Positions 37,598 to 48,200 of a stretch of DNA of 59,262 nt are shown here, one piece after another (the stretch's first letter is position 1; each line of letters opens with the position of its first letter). The notes beneath the pieces are model-generated. The model was given only the letters and a program-made list of their open reading frames with translations, made no database searches and was not told the origin of the DNA. A program made the translations under genes and the position numbers. Source of the stretch: an uncultured Planctomycetota bacterium (GTDB taxonomy: Bacteria > Planctomycetota > JAJSAM01 > JAKLKS01); the NCBI GenBank assembly GCA_964370855.1, contig CAYJMF010000001.1:71905-131166 (forward strand), given 5' to 3'.

Positions 37598-38616
37598 CGG
37601 GGAAGCGCGGGGTCCCGCCGGGTCGGGGTCGTCCCGTGGTGGTGGTCACCCACCGGGTCCACCCCCCGGTGGCGGAGGCGCTCGCGCGACGGGCGCGCGT
37701 CCTCCTCAACGACACGCGGGAGCCGCTCCCGCGGGAGACCCTGCGGACCCGCGCGAGGAAGGCGGACGCGATCCTCGTCTTCATGCCGGACCGGGTGGAC
37801 GCGGAGTTCCTGGGGGGCTGTCCGAGGCTGCTCATCGTCGCCGGCGCGTTCAAGGGGGGTGACAACGTCGACGTGGAAGCCTGCACGCGGCGCGGCGTGT
37901 GGGTGAGCATCGTCCCCGACCTCCTGACCGGACCCACGGCGGACCTGGCGGTCACCCTGCTCCTGGCGTTGACCCGGCGGATCCTCGAGGGGGACCGGCG
38001 CGTGCGGTCTTCCCGCGGGGTGCGGTGGCGGCCGGTCCTGTACGGGGCCGGGCTGGAGGGGAGCACGGTCGGATTGGTCGGGTTCGGCTCCGTGGGCCGG
38101 GCCATCGCGCGACGTGTAGCGGCGTTCGGGGCGCGGGTGATCTTCTCGGACCCGGAAGCACCGGAGAACGCGGGGGCGCGCCGCGCCGGGCTGGCGGACC
38201 TCCTCGCGTCCTCCGATCACGTCGTCCTCGCGGCCCCGCTCCACCGGGAGACGTTCCACCTCCTGGACTCCGGTGCCCTGGCCCGCATGAAGCGGGGAGC
38301 GTTCCTGGTGAACGTGGGGCGCGGATCCGTCGTGGACGAGGCGGCCGTCGCGGCGGCGCTGGGCTCCGGAAGGCTGGGGGGCTACGCCGCCGACGTGTTC
38401 GAGATGGAGGACCTCTCCCGGCCGGATCGGCCGCGGCGGATCCCCCCGGCCCTGCTCGCCTTCCGGGACCGCACCGTGTTCACGCCGCACCTCGGGTCGG
38501 CCATCGCATCCGTCCGCCTCGCCATCGAGGAGGCCGCCGCGGCCAACATCCTCGACGTCCTCTCCGGGAAGCGCCCCCGCGATGCCGTGAACCTGCCGGT
38601 GCCGAACGGAGGGTGA
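37594..38616 (+). CDS. ptxD: NAD-dependent phosphite dehydrogenase (340 aa)
   Basis: GTGA overlap with ptxC; THRVH, FMPDRVD, KG.DN.DVEACT.RGVW, VPDLLT.PTA, RGSVVDEAAV, YAADVFEMED, FTPHLGSA..VR. The catalytic Lys, Arg, Glu and His equivalents are retained. Confidence 0.92.
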   Translation: MTGKRGVPPGRGRPVVVVTHRVHPPVAEALARRARVLLNDTREPLPRETLRTRARKADAILVFMPDRVDAEFLGGCPRLLIVAGAFKGGDNVDVEACTRRGVWVSIVPDLLTGPTADLAVTLLLALTRRILEGDRRVRSSRGVRWRPVLYGAGLEGSTVGLVGFGSVGRAIARRVAAFGARVIFSDPEAPENAGARRAGLADLLASSDHVVLAAPLHRETFHLLDSGALARMKRGAFLVNVGRGSVVDEAAVAAALGSGRLGGYAADVFEMEDLSRPDRPRRIPPALLAFRDRTVFTPHLGSAIASVRLAIEEAAAANILDVLSGKRPRDAVNLPVPNGG

Positions 38617-38696
38617 GTCTCGTGGCGCGGGCGACTCGCGGCACGACCCCGCGGGCCGCGGGAAGTCCTCCCTGGGGCCCCATCCCGACGAGAGGC

Positions 38697-41600
38697 CTAC
38701 CGCGCATCCACCTCGACGCTCCCTCCGGCATCCACTTCCCGCAGGAAGGTGCGGAGGGTCCCGTCCTGGTCCTTCACCTGGATGCGGACCCTCCAGGTGC
38801 CCTCCGGGAGGCCGCGGAACCGGATCCTCCCGTTCTCCATGGCGTTCAAGCTCGCCGGAACCACGAGGGGCGCCTCTCCCACGAGCACCACCGCTTCCTG
38901 CACGTACGCCCCCTCCGCGAGGAGGACCCGGCAGTCGATGGACCGCCCCTGCCCGACCACCACCTCCACGGCAGGGCCTCCCGCCTTCAGCCCCCGCAGG
39001 ACGGCGGCGCCGCGACCGTGCACCGAAACGACGGCGTCGTAGAGGACGCCCTCCTCGAGACACCGGAGGCGGATCTCGCCCTCGTCACCCGAGTCATGAA
39101 GGCGTGCTTCCGGCTCCCCCTGCACCGCCAGGGCCACGTTCCACTCCAGACCAGCCGCCGCGGGATCCAGGCGGATGCGGATCTCCGGCCCGGGATCCAG
39201 CACCAGGCGTACCCGCCCCGCGTCCGCCGACGTGGAGACCTCGACGGTGCCGGTCTCCTCGGGCGCTTCCGGGAGCGTGGCGGAGACCGTCACCGTTCCG
39301 GAGGGAAGGCGGCGGAGGACGTACCGGCCGTCCGGATCCGTGGTGCCGTCCTGGAGCGTCTCGTCGCTTCCGGCCCCGGTGCAACGGACCAGGGCGTTCG
39401 GGACGGGGCGCCCCGCGGGATCCTCGACCGCCACCTCGAGGATGTACGCCCGTAGCAGGCGCACCTCCGTGTCGGCGGCCTTCCATCCCATGATCATGTG
39501 CGGATGGAGGTCGTCCACGGATCCGGGCGGATCCACCTCGAGCTCGAGCCTCTGCTCCGGGTCGAGGTCCCGCAGGGTCGCCACCCCGGTCGCGAGGGTC
39601 CCTCCGCTCCGCAGGGACTCGGCCTTCAGGTCCCTCTCCGGAGCGTACACCCGGACCCGGGCGCTGCCCACGGGCCGGCCCTCGGGATCGAGGACCATCA
39701 CACGCGCATCCACGGAACGGCGCAACCGCAGGACGACCTCTTCCGGACCCGGGCGGGCGGAGACCTCGACGGGGACGAACCCGCTCTCCCCGCAGGAGAC
39801 GCGATGGCCACCGGATCCCAGTCGACCGAAGCGGAACCTCCCCTCGGAGTCCGTGACGGCGGTTTCCGCCCTCTTCCAGTCTTCCGCACCCCCGTCCGGA
39901 TCCGTGAGGAACTCGATGAGCACATGGGCCCCGGCAAACGGACTCCCATCGGGGCCGAGGACCCGCCCGTGCAGGATCTCTTCAGGAGGCAGGCGGATCT
40001 CGAAGGGTCCGTCCCCCAGAGGGACGGGTCCGATGGACGCGGACCCGTAGGGCAGGGGGCGCCCTTCCGCGTCGGCCGCATGGAAGGCGCAGATCCGGAT
40101 GGTCCCAGGGAACCAGTGCTCTACCACCTCACTCGTTCCTACGCCTTCCTTGAAACTGTCACCGAATGAGGAGTAACCGCGCCGCCCCTCCACGGTCACC
40201 TTCACCTGGAGCTCGCCTGCGGGCACCGGGTTCCCCTCGGGGTCCAGGACACGGATCGTCAGCGTCCTGCGGATTTCCGGCGCCTCCTCCTCGGCCGGTT
40301 CGAACCGCAGGACGACCCGGACGTCCTCCTGGCCGGCGACCGCCGTCGCCTCCCCGCGATGCTCCCCCCCCTCGCCGGGGAGGGTGAGGGAGATCCCGCA
40401 GGGACCGGGGCGGAGGCCGGTGATCCGGAACCTCCCGAGCCCGTCGGTCCGCATGCCCGCAGGCTCCGGTCGATCGAAATCCTCCTCCCCGAACGGGTCC
40501 TCCTGCTTCGCCTCGGCCCAGGCGTCCACCGCCGGAGTCCCGTCCTCCATCACCGCCACGCCCGCAACAGAGTGGATCGCGCCCCCCGCGCCCGGCGGGA
40601 GGCGGATCACGATGCGTCCGCTCTCGGGAACCCCCTCGAACCACCGCTCGGCCTCGGCCAGGGAATCCCTTGGATGAACGGCCCAGACGCGGAGGGACGT
40701 GTCGGGCACGCCCTCGAAGACGGCGATCCCGCTCCCGTCCGCGGGGACGCTCCCGCCGAGGTCCAGCTCCTCGTCCGGTAGGAGCCCCCCCTTCAAGCGG
40801 ACGAGGGCACCCGCCGCCGGCGCTCCGTCCGCCGTCCGGACGGCCACTTCGAGGCGCCGCCCCGACCGGAGGAGGATGTCCACCCCGGTCCCGTCGCCCG
40901 CCTCCGCCATGTAGGGTCCTGCAGCGCCGATCACCCTGCCGTCGCGCCATGCGACGAAGCGCACCCGTTCGATCCCCTGGATCGCTCCGAACCGGAAGGT
41001 CCCGTCGGGGGCGGTGACGACCTCCGGGGGCAGGCAGGCGGCCTCGGGCACCCACACGTATCGCGACCGGAACCCCCCCTCCACCACGGTCCGCTCCGGC
41101 TTCACCGTCACCCCTCCGACGCCATGGCCGTCCGCCCCCAGCACGCTGCCGTGGATCCAGGGGGCGGGAACCACGTGGAGGTCCCGGACCGTCGCGCCTA
41201 CGGGGAGGACGTCCAGGGTCGCGTCCGATCCGGCTTCGGTCGCGAGGTGCGGGGAAATCCACCCCTCCGCCAGGACCTCGACGGGGTGCCGGCCGGCGGG
41301 CAGTCCCTCGAAGCGGAACCGGCCCTCCGCGTCGGTCGTCGCCCGTGGACCGGTCCCGACCCCCGGGATTCCCCGAAAATCCTCGGGGGGGATCCGGACT
41401 TCGGCCCCCGGGACGGGGGCTTCCGTCCCCTCGACCAGCACGCGCCCGGAGACCGCCCCGGGCCGGGAGAGGCGGATCTCGATCCCCGCGGGGTCCCGGA
41501 TGTCGGGAAGCGAGAGTCCGTCCTCCCTGCTCGAGTAACCCGGCGCCTCGGCGTGGAGGTAGAGGCCCTTCTCCGGTTCCGTCCGGAGGGCTGCGCGAAA

Positions 41601-42572
41601 ACGGCCCTGGGAGTCCACCGGGACCGAGATGGCGGTGAGGAGTCCCGCCCAGGAGGAGTACCCCACGGAGATCCACCCGCCTCCCCGGCTCTTCAGGGTC
41701 ACCCGTGCTCCCGGGACGGGCGCCCCGCCGGGCTCCTCGACGACCCTCCCGGAGACGACCTCCCCCGGACCGCCGACGATCAGGAGCACCTCCTCCGCGC
41801 ACGGGAGCATCACCCGCGGACCCGCCTCCCTCCGCCGTCCCGGCTCCAATGCGAAGAGCTGGACGACGGTGCTCGGCAGGCCCTCGATGCGGAACGTCCC
41901 GTCGGCGGCCGTCGCGACGGGCGCGGGGTCGGCCCGCTCCTGATTCTCAAGGCAGACGCCGACCCGGCCGGTCCACGGGGTGCCGTCGGGGAGCGCGGCC
42001 CTGCCGCGGAGGGCGCAGGGGGCGTCGAGAAGGTGGATCTCGATGCCGGCGCGCCGGCCTTCCGCCCCCGCGAGCGGCCGGCCGTCGGCGTCGAGGAGGA
42101 TGGCGACGGCCCCGGCCTGATCCAATCCCGCCCGGGCCTCCAGGAGGAACGCCCCCGCGCCCGGGTTGCGGACGGAGAAGCGCCCGTCACCTGCCGTTCG
42201 CACAAGCTCCCGCACGTCCGGCTCGAGGCCGTCGTAGAGGGACCCCCAGGACCGGAACCGGGAACCCTCCTCGTCCGCGTCCTCATCCCTCGGGAGATCC
42301 GCCAGCCGCCGGACCGTCACTTCCGCCGCCGCGGGGCGTTCCTCCCGGAGGACCAGGCCCACGAGGGGGAGCGTCGGGACGGCCGGGGGCGCTTCCCCGG
42401 GACGGTCCGGCGGAGGAACCGCCGCTTCGCGGTGGATGCCGGCGGCGGGAACGGGAGGCCCCACGGGACCGGCCATCGGCGGGGGGTCTCTTCCGATGCC
42501 CCGCAGGAGCGCCGCCGCGATGGCCGCCGCCGCCAGGGAGACGACGACCGCGGCGATCTTCCCTCCCTTCAT
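38697..42572 (-). CDS. Membrane-anchored carboxypeptidase-regulatory-like repeat protein (1291 aa)
   Basis: MKGGK followed by a TM, a Pro-rich linker and repeated beta-sandwich modules. Confidence 0.85.
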   Translation of the reverse strand: MKGGKIAAVVVSLAAAAIAAALLRGIGRDPPPMAGPVGPPVPAAGIHREAAVPPPDRPGEAPPAVPTLPLVGLVLREERPAAAEVTVRRLADLPRDEDADEEGSRFRSWGSLYDGLEPDVRELVRTAGDGRFSVRNPGAGAFLLEARAGLDQAGAVAILLDADGRPLAGAEGRRAGIEIHLLDAPCALRGRAALPDGTPWTGRVGVCLENQERADPAPVATAADGTFRIEGLPSTVVQLFALEPGRRREAGPRVMLPCAEEVLLIVGGPGEVVSGRVVEEPGGAPVPGARVTLKSRGGGWISVGYSSWAGLLTAISVPVDSQGRFRAALRTEPEKGLYLHAEAPGYSSREDGLSLPDIRDPAGIEIRLSRPGAVSGRVLVEGTEAPVPGAEVRIPPEDFRGIPGVGTGPRATTDAEGRFRFEGLPAGRHPVEVLAEGWISPHLATEAGSDATLDVLPVGATVRDLHVVPAPWIHGSVLGADGHGVGGVTVKPERTVVEGGFRSRYVWVPEAACLPPEVVTAPDGTFRFGAIQGIERVRFVAWRDGRVIGAAGPYMAEAGDGTGVDILLRSGRRLEVAVRTADGAPAAGALVRLKGGLLPDEELDLGGSVPADGSGIAVFEGVPDTSLRVWAVHPRDSLAEAERWFEGVPESGRIVIRLPPGAGGAIHSVAGVAVMEDGTPAVDAWAEAKQEDPFGEEDFDRPEPAGMRTDGLGRFRITGLRPGPCGISLTLPGEGGEHRGEATAVAGQEDVRVVLRFEPAEEEAPEIRRTLTIRVLDPEGNPVPAGELQVKVTVEGRRGYSSFGDSFKEGVGTSEVVEHWFPGTIRICAFHAADAEGRPLPYGSASIGPVPLGDGPFEIRLPPEEILHGRVLGPDGSPFAGAHVLIEFLTDPDGGAEDWKRAETAVTDSEGRFRFGRLGSGGHRVSCGESGFVPVEVSARPGPEEVVLRLRRSVDARVMVLDPEGRPVGSARVRVYAPERDLKAESLRSGGTLATGVATLRDLDPEQRLELEVDPPGSVDDLHPHMIMGWKAADTEVRLLRAYILEVAVEDPAGRPVPNALVRCTGAGSDETLQDGTTDPDGRYVLRRLPSGTVTVSATLPEAPEETGTVEVSTSADAGRVRLVLDPGPEIRIRLDPAAAGLEWNVALAVQGEPEARLHDSGDEGEIRLRCLEEGVLYDAVVSVHGRGAAVLRGLKAGGPAVEVVVGQGRSIDCRVLLAEGAYVQEAVVLVGEAPLVVPASLNAMENGRIRFRGLPEGTWRVRIQVKDQDGTLRTFLREVDAGGSVEVDAR

Positions 42573-42648
42573 CCCCCCATTCTGCCACGGGCGGGAGAGA
42601 GGCGCGGCGGGTGCTCATTCAAGGAGGAACGCGGCCCCGCCGCCGGGT

Positions 42649-45111
42649 TCACGGGAAGACGAGCCGCACCTCCCGCGTCTCGCCTCTCTCGAGGGTGACC
42701 TCCCCCGCCTCGACGAAAACGCCGTGGCGCTCGAGGAGGACAGACCAGGTCCCCGCGTGCAGGGACCGGAAGGGGACCCGGAACCTCCCGCCGAAGGAGC
42801 CGTCGTCGCCGGTCGTGTCGCACTCCGGACGACCGGTTCCGTCGGCACGGCGGAGGGTCACCTTGACGTTCGCCTGGGGCCGGCCCGCGGGACTCTCCAC
42901 CCGGAACTCCAGGACCGCGAGGCGCTCCGACACGAGGACGACGGCGTCCCGCTCCCCGGCCGCGACCTCCGCCTCCACGGTCTCCATCCCCTCCGCGGAG
43001 GCCCGCAGGCGGACCGCGCCCTCCGGAATGCCCGTCAGGACGAAACTCCCGTCCTCCGCGGTGGAGGCCGCCGGGTTGCCGTACCAGGTCTCCGGGTCCA
43101 CGATCATCGCGACGGTCCCCCGCCCCACCGGGTCCCCCCGGTCGTCGAGCACCCTCCCGCGGATCGTCCCGCCCCGCTCGAGGACGATGTCGCCGAGGTC
43201 CCGCGCCTCCCCGGGCCGGAGATCGAGGTCGCGCACGATGGGGACGAAGCCCGGCTCCCACGCGAGGAGCCGCACCGGGCCCGGCGGCAACTCCCCCGAC
43301 GCGTAGTCCCACGGCCCCGCCTCGGGAGCGTCCTCCCGGGTCGCCCTCGCGCCGCAGACCACCCAACCCTCCCCGGGGCCCCGGCTCCCCTCGGGCAGGA
43401 TCGCGCGGAAGGAGACCCGGGCCGGCCGCGGGAGGACGACGCGGAGGGGGGTGAACGCGTCCGGGACGGGAATCCCCTCCACGGTGCGCTCCTCGCACCG
43501 GGAACTGAGGATCCAGGGCCCCGGGGGCAGGCCCGATACGCGGAAGGTGCCGTCAGGAGCGCTGGTCGCGCTCCGGGTGTCCCGCCACCCGCCGCCCTCC
43601 CTCTCGATTTCAGGCCGGATCCACACGCGGGCCTCCGCCAGTTTCGCCCCCGTGTCGTCCACCACGAGACCGCCGAGGGACTCCCCGGGGTCGAGGACCA
43701 GCACGCGCTCGGCCCTCTCGCCGGCGGCGATGTCGGCGGAGACCTCGGCGTGGACGAAGGACGGTCCGTCGATCCGGACGAGGGCCGCCCCGGGCTCGAG
43801 CCCCTCGAGGAGGACGACGCCGGGCCCGTCGCGGCGGAAGGTCCTGCGGCGGCCCCCGTTCTCCACCTCGATCTCCATCCCCCCGTCCCCGAACCCGGCG
43901 GGCGCCTGGAGATCGAGCGCGAGCGCGGCCGGCTCCCGGAGCCGGAACTCCCGCTCGAGGATCCCGCCCGGCGCCGACCCGACGAGATCCGCGGCGGGGA
44001 TCGAAGCCGCGCATCCGGTTGCCGCGGCGTAGGCGTGGTAGGCGACCCCCTCCTCGAGTCCGTCCACGCGGTAGCGGCCCTCCCCGTCGGTGCGGGCGGG
44101 GAGGGCGGCGCCGAGATCCTCGAAGCTCTCGAACCAGCCCTCGGGCAGTTCCGCGGCGTCGCGGTGGAGGCCGTCGAGGGGGCGCTCGGGAGCAAGGCGG
44201 AGGGCATCCCGGGGGAGGACCAGGATCCGCGCCCCGGCCGCGGGGGCGCCGTCGGGGGCGAGGACCCGACCCCGGAGCGAGCCGCCGCGACGGAGGCGGA
44301 CGTCGACGGCGCTCTCCTCCTCGCGGACCTCCACCCACCGGCGGCCGAAGCCGTCGGCCTCCACGAGGAGGGTCGCCGCGTACCGCAACGGGAACGGGAT
44401 CGCGAAGCGGCCCTCCCCGTCCGTGGCGGCGGTCGCAACGGCCGGGACCCGGCCCTGCATGGAGGGGCTTCAGCCGAAGGGGAAGGTGTCGGGGAAGGCG
44501 GCGACCCGCGCCCCGGGAACGGGGGAGCCGCCGGCGTCGTCGAGGACCGTGCCGGAGAGCGTTCTTCCGGCGACGAGCGGGATCCGGACCCGCGCCGCTC
44601 CTCCGGCGGCGGGGGAGCGCTCCGTGGTCCACCCGGCGAGCAGCCCCTCCCGGCGGGCCACGAGGACGACGTCGCGGTTCGGTGGGACCTCGATCCACGC
44701 GGTCCCGTCGGCCGCGGCTTCCGCGGCCGCGGCGGCGCCCTCCCCGGACCCTTCCCGGACCGTCGCTTCGACGTGGATCCCGTCGGGGGATTCCCCCGCC
44801 GGGACCTCCACCTGGACGAGGAAGCCGGCCCGGTCGGAAGCGGGCAGGGGCAGGGGAGGGGGAGAGGGAGAGGGTTCCTCCTCTTCGAGGATCTCCTCCT
44901 CGACCTCCTCTTCGGGGGTACCGGTCTCCGCCGGATCCGACGTCAATCCCGAGAGGTGACCCGTCAGGCGGGCAACCGTTGCGGAGACGCGACCACCGTC
45001 ACCGGGCGGAAACGGCCGCGCTCCATCGACACCCGGGCGGAACAGGAGGGTCAGGAGAATCGCCGCCACACCGAGGATCACGCTCGCCGGACGGAGGGTC
45101 GTGGGCGCCAC
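42649..45111 (-). pseudogene. Carboxypeptidase-regulatory-like repeat gene with one in-frame TGA (44470-44472)
   Basis: Track ORFs 44470..45357 and 42649..44460 share a frame, and the stop falls inside one module: GTVLDDAGGSPVPGARVAAFPDTFPFG*SPSMQGRVPAVATAATDGEGRF. Probable start is GTG 45111, before the TM. Confidence 0.7.
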
Positions 45112-45251
45112 GGAAGTGGCATCGCAAGGGGCGGGCCGGAGGGCAGGCTCGGGAGCGTGTGACGCATGGAAGGTGCCCCCACCGGTGGACCGGTCCGACG
45201 GGAGTACCCTCGGATCGGTTCTTGCGGCTGTGGATCCGACGGAGGTGGACC

Positions 45252-48200
45252 CTGCGCCCGATCCCGGGATTCCTCGCGCTCCTCGGCAGTCTCGTTGCCG
45301 CCTTCGCGGGCGGTTGCCGGGCGGCGGAGGATCCCCTGGGCAGGGCCGGATCCCCACCGGCTCCTCCGGCCACGGCGGTCCCCGCGGTCGATGGGGCGGC
45401 AGATCTTTCCCCTCCCCCGCCCATCGGTTCGGTGCGCGTCCTACTGCGGGATCCCTCCGGGCCGCCGATCCCCGGCGCCCGGGTGGTCGTCCTCCCGCCG
45501 GAGATTCCCCGGTTCGGCAGCCGGCCCGGGACCGTGGCGCCGGATCCGCTCGCGGAGTGGAACGCCCTCCCGCCGGCCTGGGACCTGGAGCCCGTGGCCG
45601 CCGCCGTCACGGGAACGGACGGAGGGGCGACGGTGCCCTCCCTTCCCATGGGAGACGGGGAGGCGGTCGTCGAGACCCCCGGCCGCGTGCGGCGATCGGC
45701 GCCGTTCCGCCTAGCCCCCGATCGAACGACCGCCGACGTGGAAATCCTCGCCGAGGAGGGCCACCCCTTCGAGGGGCGGGTCCTGACCGCGGCGGGGGCC
45801 CCCATCGCAGGCGCCGTCGTGACGGCGGAGTACCCCCCGTTCGCTCCGGGAGGCCGGTGCGAGGGCGGCCGCTACGACTTCGCGCGCGTACGCACCGGCG
45901 ACGAGGGCGTGTTCCGCTTCGACGCGCTCCCCGCGACCGTGGTGATCCTCCAGTGCGGCCCCCCGGGGGCGTGGTCCGCCCACCGGTGGCCGGTCCGGGT
46001 TCCCGCCGTCGCCTCCATCGACCTCCGGATCGCGGGCCGGGGTCCCGTCGAGGGCGTGCTCCGCGGCGGCCCCGACGGCGCCCCCCTTCCGGGGGCGGAC
46101 CTCCTCTTCACCACGACGGGATGGCACCGGGCGCCGGTCGCCGCCCGCGCGACCACCGACGCCGGGGGGCGCTACCGCATCCCCCTCTACCCGGCGAACT
46201 ACGTGAACGGGATCACCCTCGCCGCACCGGGCTGGTGGGAGGAGCCCCGGGTCTTCGGCCCGCGCCAGGTCCCGCTCCCGTTCCCGGAGGAGGGACCGGC
46301 CCGCCTCGACCTCGAGGCCCTCCCCGATTCCCCCGGAACCGCGGCGATCCGCGGCATCGTGCGGGGCCCGGAGGGTCCGGTCCAGGGGGCGACCGTCTTC
46401 CTCCACGCGCCGGAGGACGACGCGCCCCGCGTGCCGAGCCGCTGGACCGACGCCGGGGGGAGGTTCTGGTTTCCGGTGGCGCCCTCGGGGTGGACGGCCG
46501 TCCTGGTCGAAGGGGCGCCGGGGCTCTTCCAGCCCGGCACAGGGGACATCTTCGGGAACGAGTGCCCACCGCCCGATCCCGGCGCCCCGTGGGCGATCCC
46601 CGCCGGCGCCCCGCGCCCCGTGGACATCGACATCCCGCTCTCGATCGGCGGACGGGTCCTTGGCCGCGTGATCGACGGGGCGGGGAAGCCGGTCGCTGGG
46701 GCGAAGGTCGGGACCCGCGGTGGAGTTTGGACCCACTCCCGGGCCGACGGGACCTTCCTTCTCACGGGGCTCGACGAGCCGTGTGAGGCCGACGTGTGGG
46801 CACGCTCTGAGGACGGCCTGCTCATGGGACGCAGCGCCCGTTTCCGCGCGGGCGCCGGGGAGGACGCGGAGGGCGTCGAGGTGATCCTCCTCCCCGCGTC
46901 GGGGGAGGGCCGGAGGAGGATCCGGATCTCGGGCCGCGCCCATCCCGCCGTCCCGCCCGGCTCCCCGGCGCCGACGGTTCCCGTCGGCGACGGCCACGCA
47001 GCCTGCGAGGGCGCATGGGTCCCCCTCGATGCCTCGGGGGGGTTCCACCTCGAGGTCGATTGCGGGCGGGGACGGAGATCCGTCCCGCTGTGGCTGGACA
47101 TCCCCGGCTGGGGCGCGGCCGGGATCGACGTACCGCTGCCCGCGGGGGACGGGACCGTCGATGCGGGGGAGATCCCGGTTCCCCGGAACGGGCGGATCCG
47201 GGGGCGCATCGAGGACGGGGAGGGCCCCCTCGCCGGCGTCCCCATCGCCGTGGAGCGGAAGCGCGAATTCTCCGCGATCGGGTGCAGCCCCGACGAGGAC
47301 CCGCAACCCACCATCGAGGCCGTGACGGGTAGGGACGGGGTCTTCGAGACCGCGGGGCTCGCCGCGGGAACCTGGATCGCCCGCGTCGCGGCCCCCGGGT
47401 TCATGGCGGAGGAGCGGGAGGTCGTCGTCCGGGACGGAGGCTCCTTCTCCCGATGCGACGTCCGCCTTTCCCGGGCCGCCCGGCTCCGCGGCCGGGTCCG
47501 CCGCCCGGAGGGGAGCCCCGTCGCCGGTGCGGAGGTCGCGGCCACGCCCTCCGGCGAGGGCGGTAAAGCCGACCCCGGCCGGGAAGAGCGCACCTGGACC
47601 GACGAGGACGGGGGGTTCTCGCTCATGGTCCGCGAGGACTCCGCCCACGTCCTCGAGATCTCCCCCGGCTACGAGCCGGCGGAGCGGTTCCGTCCGGCGA
47701 CCTCAGGGCCCCACCGGCCCGGGGAGGAGCCCGTCTCCGTCGTCGTCGAGGACGGCCCCGCCATCGCAGGGCGGATCGTGGACGCCGACGGTCACCCGGT
47801 CCGCTGGGCGACGGTGACCTGCTCGGGAGCGTCGGACGGGGCCGACGGGGATCCGACCGCGGACATCGAAGTCCTGACCGCCGGCGACGGGACCTTCCGC
47901 TTCGTCGCCCTCGGGGAAGGGGCCTGCGACCTCTCCGTCGAGGCCGGCCTCGAGGAGCCGCTCGTGGTGGAGGGGGTCCCGACGGGAGGACCGGAGGTGG
48001 AGATCTGCCTACCCCCGGCGTTCGCCATCGAGGGAATCCTCCTCGACGAGGGAGGGAAGCCGGCGCCCCGGCGGGTCGTGATGGCGACGCCCCTCGGGGG
48101 AGGGTCCGGGACGCGACGGTGGGTCGATGGGGAGACCGACGGTTCCGGCCGGTTCCGCCTCGTCGGCGTCGGAAGCGGAGCGTGCCGCATCGAGCTCGGC

